From Eledone cirrhosa (taxonomy: Eukaryota), in contig OZ024745.1 of NCBI GenBank assembly GCA_964016885.1, positions 132,246,001 to 132,310,000 on the forward strand: a stretch of 64,000 nucleotides of DNA, given 5' to 3'. The notes under the pieces are model-generated. The model saw nothing but the letters and a program-made list of their open reading frames with translations, was not told the DNA's origin and made no database searches. Made by a program: the position numbers and the translations under genes. The stretch's first letter is position 1; each line of letters starts with the position of its first letter. Of the stretch, positions 55,799-64,000 are shown piece after piece.

Positions 55799-55949
55799 AA
55801 TAAATTGAGTTCCAATGCATCACTAATTCTTCGTTTTCCATTATATATATAGCAATGTCGGACTGGAACCTAACACCACATCTAGCATCAAACACCAGAG
55901 ACACACCTTATACTACATACCCAACACTAACTGATCTATTATAACACAA

Positions 55950-56830
55950 ACAACGACATCCCTCCGGAACCCTTCGCAGGGAGAATACCCATTTATACCT
56001 CTACGTCAGGTATGACAACATCCACCCACTTGAACGGCACTACACCGCTCTAAGGGTAATTTGAGCATGAATTGATCGGTTGGATAGTGTTGGGCAGAGG
56101 AAACACCTTCCTTAGACAAATGAAAACTGTTTTAATCTAGTAACGCTGTTGACAAGTAGGACCGGGCTGCTGAGCGCAGTGGGTGAATGCATTGCAACAG
56201 CCATGCGGGTTGTACATATATGGATGATCTGACGGTCAGAGAGGGGCCGCGAGGACTGCGGATTGACCTCTGGCCGGCCTGGCGATGATTATCTCTCGAC
56301 ATCCAATGTAGCAAGCGATGACCCAGATCTTACCAGAGATCATTGGGTCCTGAAGCATTCCTGCAATCACCGCGCCTGGTCCTATGAGTAGACTACGACC
56401 ACAGAGATCATTATTTGGAATCCTCGCTCATCATCTATAATTTCCATTTGTGGCACCTTACGATGGGTTAATCCACCATAATAATATGATCACCTTCAGC
56501 ATAACTTAATTAAACTACTCTATAGTTAACACACTTTATGCTTTAAACATTTCTCTTGGAGGATGCGCATCACCATAGAAATTAAGGTCTATATTGGGAC
56601 ACATTTTATTAGCTAGGTATAGAAACCCCAGAGTTACCTCCCCGCATGCATTAACTCCCCTTAGCCACACACACACTTCCGGGCGGTATTCAATGGCGTT
56701 TCTCGAAACGGAACAGCCTCCTGTATTGAACTAAAGAACACCAGACTACGATCTCTAACTGGATTGTCGAGGATTATGTGAAGGGCATATAATCGATAAA
56801 TACACTCCCCTGACCATGAAAATGCCGAAG
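55950..56830 (+). mobile_element. Very decayed PLE linker/GIY-YIG endonuclease-like remnant
   Basis: Scattered words in expected order across frameshifts (RIP, NLVTLLT, CNSHAGCTYM..GPRG, DIQCSK, YLESSLII..APYDGL, CEGHIIDKYTP); a hammerhead follows on the same strand. Confidence 0.35.
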
Positions 56831-57285
56831 TACATGAAATACTTGACTTCCCTGCGCTGTGCATCTCTAATACTTTTAACACTTTTAACACTTTTAATGC
56901 TTATAATATCTCTCCACACACAGACTATATCAATCATATAAAGAATTTGCCACCAGATCTACCAACCTAACACTCTTGTTTACCCACCTAAGTGCCTCTA
57001 CCACACATATCTCTCTGCCACACTATATAAACAAGACGCACATGCGTGCCACACATATAACATTTGCACTATATAACCGCTTATCTTCATGTTGTATTTT
57101 AACCTGTATTTTGATTTTTGATTGTACCTCTTAATATAAATGTAATCTCGAAGTGTGTACTGCCACTCTAAATTCTGTAATGAATGTTGACCCACAATGT
57201 TTGAATATGTATCAATGTTTGAATATGTATCGGTATGTCTCTCGGCTGAAAAGGAGGTCATATAACTGTCCATGCATTAATAAAT

Positions 57286-57332
57286 TGCTCCGAAGAATCC
57301 AAACCTCGGTTTGGAGGAAACAGCTGTAAGCA
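57286..57332 (+). ncRNA. Minimal hammerhead motif (U4>C)
   Basis: TGCT-CCGAAGA-A-TCCAAACC-TC-GGTTTGGA-G-GAAAC-AGCT-GTA-AGCA; palindromic ACAGCTGT stem III. Confidence 0.65.
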
Positions 57333-57732
57333 CAATAATGTTTTGAACAGTTCTTTGATTCTTATATTTCATATAACTGCTCTGTAAATCATCTGATGTT
57401 TTTACATTGAGCTACTTAACTTACTGGTAATAAGGTAGTAATACATTACTGCCTACCACTATTTGGGGTGTGTGTAAAATACTTATAACTGCATAAGGTT
57501 TTGTATTTACATAACCATAAATAGTATAACTAATACTATATATATATATAAATATAAGTATGAGAAAAGAAATTTTGTTTCATTTTTTCCATTTATATAT
57601 ATATATATATATATATGCCACTAGTTCTTTGAGAAAACAACACCACACTTCGGAACTGGGCATATCAACGAAATAACGTAGGTACATTTTGTTTCACCAT
57701 TATGTTTTCCTGTTTTTTCTGTTCAAGTTCTA

Positions 57733-57786
57733 GCTGCCTGATGAGGTCATAGCTGTTGAATAATGGTTATCACTGAAATATCCAGC
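57733..57786 (+). ncRNA. Minimal hammerhead motif
   Basis: GCTG-c-CTGATGA-G-GTCATAGCTGTT-gaat-AATGGTTATCAC-T-GAAA-TATC-CAGC. Confidence 0.55.
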
Positions 57787-57957
57787 GAATATGAATAAAC
57801 GGTGTTAATTTTAACCTGTTGACTTACACTTCTTGTTTTGAAATTACTCCGGAACAAACAGACCCATCTGCGGACTTCGTTGAGTGCTCTAGCCAGCATA
57901 CTTAAATGTCGGTAAACAGACTACACATTTATATATATACATATATATATATATATT

Positions 57958-58130
57958 TATTATGATAGTACAAAAGACCAGAACGATTAATTAGATTTCA
58001 TTTGAATTAACGATCGTTTCATACACATTTTGAGAAGATATATAATTAATTATGTAATAATTAATTATATATCTACTGAAAATATACATGTAACGTTCGT
58101 TAATTAATTGGCCTTTTATATTACTATAAT
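57958..58130. repeat. Imperfect AT-rich palindrome
   Basis: Centre agatatataattaatta-tgtaa-taattaattatatatct; outer aattaacgatcgtt / aacgttcgttaatt. Confidence 0.75.
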
Positions 58131-58310
58131 ATTTATGCTCTGTGAGTATATTGTTACTTAAATATCTTCAAATCTCAATTGTATTTAGTCTTCCTGATTG
58201 GTTTGAAGTAATAAATCTCATATTTTCAGCTGTAATCTCTCTTCACTTATTCTTATGTATTTTCTTTATAAACTACATATATATATATACATATATAAAC
58301 CTTTATAAAC

Positions 58311-58432
<122 letters not shown>

Positions 58433-58441
58433 GATATATTC

Positions 58442-58489
<48 letters not shown>

Positions 58490-58502
58490 ATATATGTATA
58501 TA

Positions 58503-58551
<49 letters not shown>

Positions 58552-58552
58552 T

Positions 58553-58661
<109 letters not shown>

Positions 58662-59012
58662 GTATATATATATGTATATATGTATATGTTTGTGTACATA
58701 TACGTCAGATTCTTCATTCTCTATGCCTTCAATCGTGCCCTCTAGGTTTCTGTCCTCCAGTATTCGCCCTGTCGTTATATCAGGACAAATAAAGACAAAC
58801 AATAAAAAACATGGTATAAACGAGAATCTGTCGTTATTTACCGATTGACTATTTTCATGCATTCTGCTTCTGTCGGCATAAGCACACGGGCGTCAATATT
58901 AACAAATAGTTTCAACATTGCTTAGGAATTCTAAAAAAATTATGTGTAAACGACAGTAAACGAAGAATATTCTTGGTTCAAAAGTAAAATACACACCACC
59001 CACAGACAGATA

Positions 59013-59066
<54 letters not shown>

Positions 59067-59269
59067 TATATGTGTATTGTCATATAATTCAGAGCCACAA
59101 AGAATCTAATCTAATGTTCAGTATTTTATGAGGCATCCACAGCGTCCTAAATTTAGCCTCTTATATAAAAGAGATCACTGTTAGTGACCAATATAATATG
59201 TTTGCAGGCCAAAGAACAGTTTGTTATTTGGCTCACCTGATGAGATGTAATAGCTCATATAGTAGATGT

Positions 59270-59405
59270 GAAGGCGCATCACTTAGTGGTTAGAGCATTG
59301 GGCTTGCAATCGAAAGGTTGTGAGTTCAATTCTCGGATGTGTTTTTCCTTGAGCAAGACACTTTATTTCACGTTGCTCCAGTTTACTCAGCTGTAGAAAT
59401 GAGAT
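59270..59405 (+). mobile_element. SINE family B, tRNA head plus CORE-like domain
   Basis: cttagtggttagagc (A box), gagttcaattc (B box), ccttgagcaagacactttatttcac (CORE-SINE-like). Confidence 0.75.
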
Positions 59406-60587
59406 GATAGGACTGGGGTCCCTATCATTAAATAATCCAAGATACCTCCAACGAGATATACCTTGGAGGAGGCCGGCTAAACTTGCATAGGTGTTAGCTG
59501 TCACACACACATGCAGTAGCTCAGAAATATAAAATGCCGTAGGAGAGAATTATAAATGTTTGAATTGATGCTGAATATATCTTTCTTTAATGTTGATCTA
59601 GATATTTTCCTGTTCCACTTTATTTCTCACAATTACTGAAGTCACAAATCCCTTATAATTATCTGTAATTATTTATTGAGCCAGTTTTAAATACTATGCA
59701 GATTAAGTTGAGCTGAGGTTTAATATAACCTTTACACAATAAATGTGAACATGTAACGGTTTTTGTATAAATTTTTCATAAATTTTTATTCTACCTTTCG
59801 ATCATTCATATCAAGAAGCATTTTGTGTTTTTAGTGAGAAAATAATCTGTCAGAGACTTTTGGAAAAGAAATATGCTAAAATAAGAATATAATGGTCATG
59901 AAAAACATAGCAAAAAAGAAAGAAAAAAAAGAAAACACAAAACACACACACACATACACACATACACACAAACAAAAAGACAAGCACTTTGAATGTATAC
60001 ATTATTGTGTAAACATTTCGTTGGCTTTCATGACGAAATATATATTATATGAACTTTAATAATGGTTCACACTTGGCTCACCTTGTACTTGTTTATACAT
60101 GAGGGTCCTTAAAGGTCTAATGGTTGAGCACAGATATCCATAATGCTGAAAGCCGTTTGTGAGCCCAATTTATACAAAACTCATTTGAAAGATTTGTGCG
60201 GTTCGGTCGTTTGTATCTAATAAAACACTCGATGAACTGTTGCAGCATAAAAAGGAAAAAAACAACATTTGTCATGTTAAAGAAGTCTAAAGCTATGAGT
60301 CAGTACTAATCATATTTTATGTGGTGTAGCGACTTTTCCTTTCCATTTTATATCTCACTAGAGACTAATTAACCAGACACGAATCATTTATAATTACCTA
60401 TAATTATACTTTCGCTTCTTTAGTGAGATATATATTCAATTAAGATGTACTTACTGTGTGTTAAGATGGAGTCCATCGAGCTCATGAGTTTTATAATCTC
60501 ACACACACATAGGTCTATTTATGTGTATATATGTCTAAACGATATAACATGAAGGTATTATTTGTAAATGAATTCATGTGTATGTAT

Positions 60588-60627
<40 letters not shown>

Positions 60628-62242
60628 ACACACACACACACATACCCCCCCCCATATATATATATATATATATTTATAAAGTATCTTTCTTAGCTTATGG
60701 CAAGCTGCTAAAACGTTGATTTTAACTATGAGGAATACTTGAAACATTCGCGCATATGTACCCCTAGATACGGAACTATTGGACACTGTCTCTCATAGGA
60801 ACGGAACTCACATTTACTGTTGTAGGACGCCTGAGTCACCGAAACATCCAAGTGAGAATTATCACTTATCCGTCTTCGTTCAGTTGTATCTTAATCATTT
60901 CTGTAGTTTACAATAACCAAAGTTACATTCAAAATTTTCCCAACACTTTGTAAAACGTTTGGATTTTTATTTACATCTATTGGCTGAATACACGGTCCCT
61001 GGCCGAGAGAGTCTTTGGGTGCAGTATGTCAATACGGCATTTCTTGGCAATTTTTAAAACCTGATGGAGCCCATCCCTCTCCAGGTCTAAACAGCAGATT
61101 TCTTCCAGAGAAGGATAGAGAGAGTGAGAGAATGGAAGTGAGAAAAGGATATAGAGGAAGAATGGACCCCAGTAGTAAACTGGTATTTTTTTTATGGACC
61201 TCGAAAGGATGAAAGGTAAAGTTGACACAAGCGGGATTTGCATATTAAGGTTAAAAAATGACAGGTTAATGATCTGTCTCGCTTTAGTGGAACGGTAACT
61301 GATCCGACTGGGATACATGATGGATGAGATCAGTTGTGATAGCTGACATTCTCCTGGTATACATCATAGATCAGATCGGTTCCCGTGACATTGTCAACTT
61401 TCTCCGCCGTCAGTAGGGTTTACAGGCTCAAGTTTGAATATTTGTCATAGCCAATCCTACGTCGTTGCAGTTTACAGTAACATAAGATACTTCCAAAATT
61501 CAAATTTGTTCAAATCTTCGTCAAACGATAGCTTCTACATGAATACACGATGATTGTTAGATTCTATTTGTCTTCACCCTCGTATCTGTACGTACGTATG
61601 TTTCCCACCCAGCAACTGATTAATTACGTCATTAGCAGAGGTAGCTCATATATGCTTGTGTGTGTACAGAGATATACCCGTTTTAATATAGGAGCATATG
61701 TACTCGTTCAAAACCCAAGGACTCACGCTACGCACACACAAATGCACACGCACGCACACACACGCGCACAAACACACACACACTCACACACACACACACA
61801 TAAATTGACATACACACGTACAAGCACAAATACATATAGACACACATACAAACAAACACGCACACATATCGTTAGTGTTTGGCACGCCCTGTGTACGTCA
61901 CCTACTCTAATCATACCTCTGTAGACGGGGAACCATTCGTAGTCAGGCTAGTCACGTGGTACCGATGCTCGGGAAGAATTATATTATTTTGTATAATGAA
62001 TACCTTTTCACTTCCATTTAGTTTTTACCACCCGTTTTCAATGTGAATCTCGACCCCTTTCATAACTTGTCTCCTGCAGCAAATAAAAGGGACTGTTATT
62101 ACTTTGTCACAATCAGGGTCGAGTTTCTTTCTATCCTTCCGTGTTTGATAAAATAAGGGCTGCGTTGACAATATCCAATATATTCCTCACCCTCATTTCT
62201 GGCGTTGTGTTCATTTTAGAAATAAGTATTTTCAGCTTGAAG

Positions 62243-62585
62243 GGCGGCAGATTTACAGTAATAGGTGGAGCATCGGACAACATGCTTTGCGGCACAGAGT
62301 AACACCCCTTTACGTTCAGAGTTGCAACCCCGCCGAGGTTAGCTTTGCCTTTCATCCTTGCGGGGTCGATAAAATAAAGTACCAGTCACGCACAGGGGTC
62401 GATAAAATAACTACCAGTCACGCACTGGGGTCGATAAAATAAGTACTAGTCACGCACTGCGGTCGATAAAATAAGTACCAGTCACGCACTGCGGTCGATA
62501 AAATAAGTACCAGCCACGCAATGGGGTCGATTTTTTCGACTTTCCCCCAAATTGCTGGCCTTTTACCTATATCTGAAACCATTAT
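62243..62585 (+). mobile_element. SINE family A with 32-bp core segment amplified 5x (62362-62522)
   Basis: g(g/c)ggtcgat at 62362, 62395, 62427, 62459, 62491 and 62523. Confidence 0.9.
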
Positions 62586-62793
62586 ATCACCAGATCAATA
62601 TCATTCTATTGACGTGAGAGTTAATTTCTAGTCAGATTTTAACAATCAAAATACTTCAGTTTCATATCTGATACATTTTTACTGAGATATTTTCATATTT
62701 CCAATAATACCTTTTTTTTTTCATCATAAAACCAACATGGACGTTTGTGTGTGTGTGTGTGCATGTATGTATACACACAAACACGCACACATA

Positions 62794-62830
<37 letters not shown>

Positions 62831-62913
62831 GCATACACACACACATATATATATGTGTGTGTGTATGTGTGTGTGTGTGTGCTTGTATGTATACACACAA
62901 ACACGCACACATA

Positions 62914-62944
<31 letters not shown>

Positions 62945-63162
62945 TCGCATACACACACATATATATATATGTGTGTGCTTGTATGTATGTATACACACAA
63001 ACACGCACACATATGTATATATATACATATATATCTATTAACACCCACGCAATTACATGTGTGTGTGTGTGTATGTGTCTGTGTGTGTGCGCATGTATGT
63101 ATGTATACACACAAACACGCACACATATATATATATATATTAACACACACACATACATATGT

Positions 63163-63202
<40 letters not shown>

Positions 63203-63589
63203 ATGTATGTATGTATACACACAAACACGCACACATATGTATATATATATATATATTAATACACACACATACATACATATGTGTGTGTGTTTGTATGTGT
63301 GTGTGTGTGTGTGTTTGTGGGAGGGTACGGAGTCCCACAAACACACTCATGTATGTATATATGGTGGCGGCAGACGAAACGACACAAAAAATAGTAGACA
63401 GATACATAAATGATAAAAAAAATGGAAAGAAATTGACAGACCGTGGATGTAAAGAAGGAGGAACTTCTACAGACGACATGATGCCAGAAGGTACAAAAGA
63501 GATAAAGAAAATGAGTAGAATAAAGTGTGTAAAATTGTGGAAATATAGCAGCCGACATATGTTACAATATGTCAACGTTTAACACTACC

Positions 63590-64000
63590 ATTGTACATAT
63601 TGTATGAATGTGTGTAGATATTGTACATATTGCATGAATGTGTATAGACATATATGTGTAGATATTGTACATATTGCATGAATGTGTATAGACATATATG
63701 TGTAGATATTGTACATATTACATGAATGTGTATAGACATATATGTGTAGATATTGTACATATTGCATGAATGTGTATAGACATATATGTGTAGATATTGT
63801 ACATATTACATGAATGTGTGTAGATATTGTACATGTTGCATGAATGTGTGTAGACATATATGTGTAGATATTGTACACATTGTATGAATGTGTGTAGACA
63901 TGTATGTGTATATATTGTACATATTGCATGAATGTGTGTAGACATATGTGTAGATATTGTACATATTGTATGAATGTGTGTAGACATATATGTGTAGATA
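63590..64000. repeat. Minisatellite, 44-bp unit with shorter variants, runs off window end
   Basis: tgtgtagatattgtacatattgcatgaatgtgtatagacatata at 63611, 63655 and onward. Confidence 0.93.

Noticed and set aside
59270-59350. tRNA gene
   Set aside because: A and B boxes run directly into a SINE core; no complete cloverleaf or acceptor stem. The same applies to family A heads.
62662-63582. Long ORFs of 190-283 aa
   Set aside because: Translations of (TA)/(TG) microsatellites; the unique tail has no recognisable domain.

Overview
AT-rich, repeat-dominated eukaryotic (animal) DNA with very dense (TA)n, (CA)n, (TTA)n and (TATG)n microsatellites. The SINE repertoire and microsatellite load suggest a cephalopod (octopus-like) genome, which is an inference. 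No intact host protein-coding gene is recognisable, and almost all ORFs in the track are microsatellite translation artefacts. Recognisable content: a 5'-truncated R4/Dong-type RLE LINE (RT + restriction-like endonuclease, one stop and one frameshift); three Tx1/L1-type LINE pieces; CR1-like, CRE-like and Penelope-like (PLE) remnants; a non-autonomous Helitron carrying a PIF1 helicase fragment; Tc1/mariner-type MITEs; about 25 SINE copies or fragments of two families; and a 4.65-kb array of about 101 x 46-bp units with higher-order duplications. The most notable signal is a set of about 10 type-I hammerhead-ribozyme-like motifs (CUGANGA...GAAA...UH, mostly with short palindromic stem III). It includes a two-copy family with a 62-nt structured stem II. 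These motifs lie next to PLE remnants, (TA)n tracts and long fold-back palindromes. All calls were made by eye and boundaries of degenerate elements are approximate.
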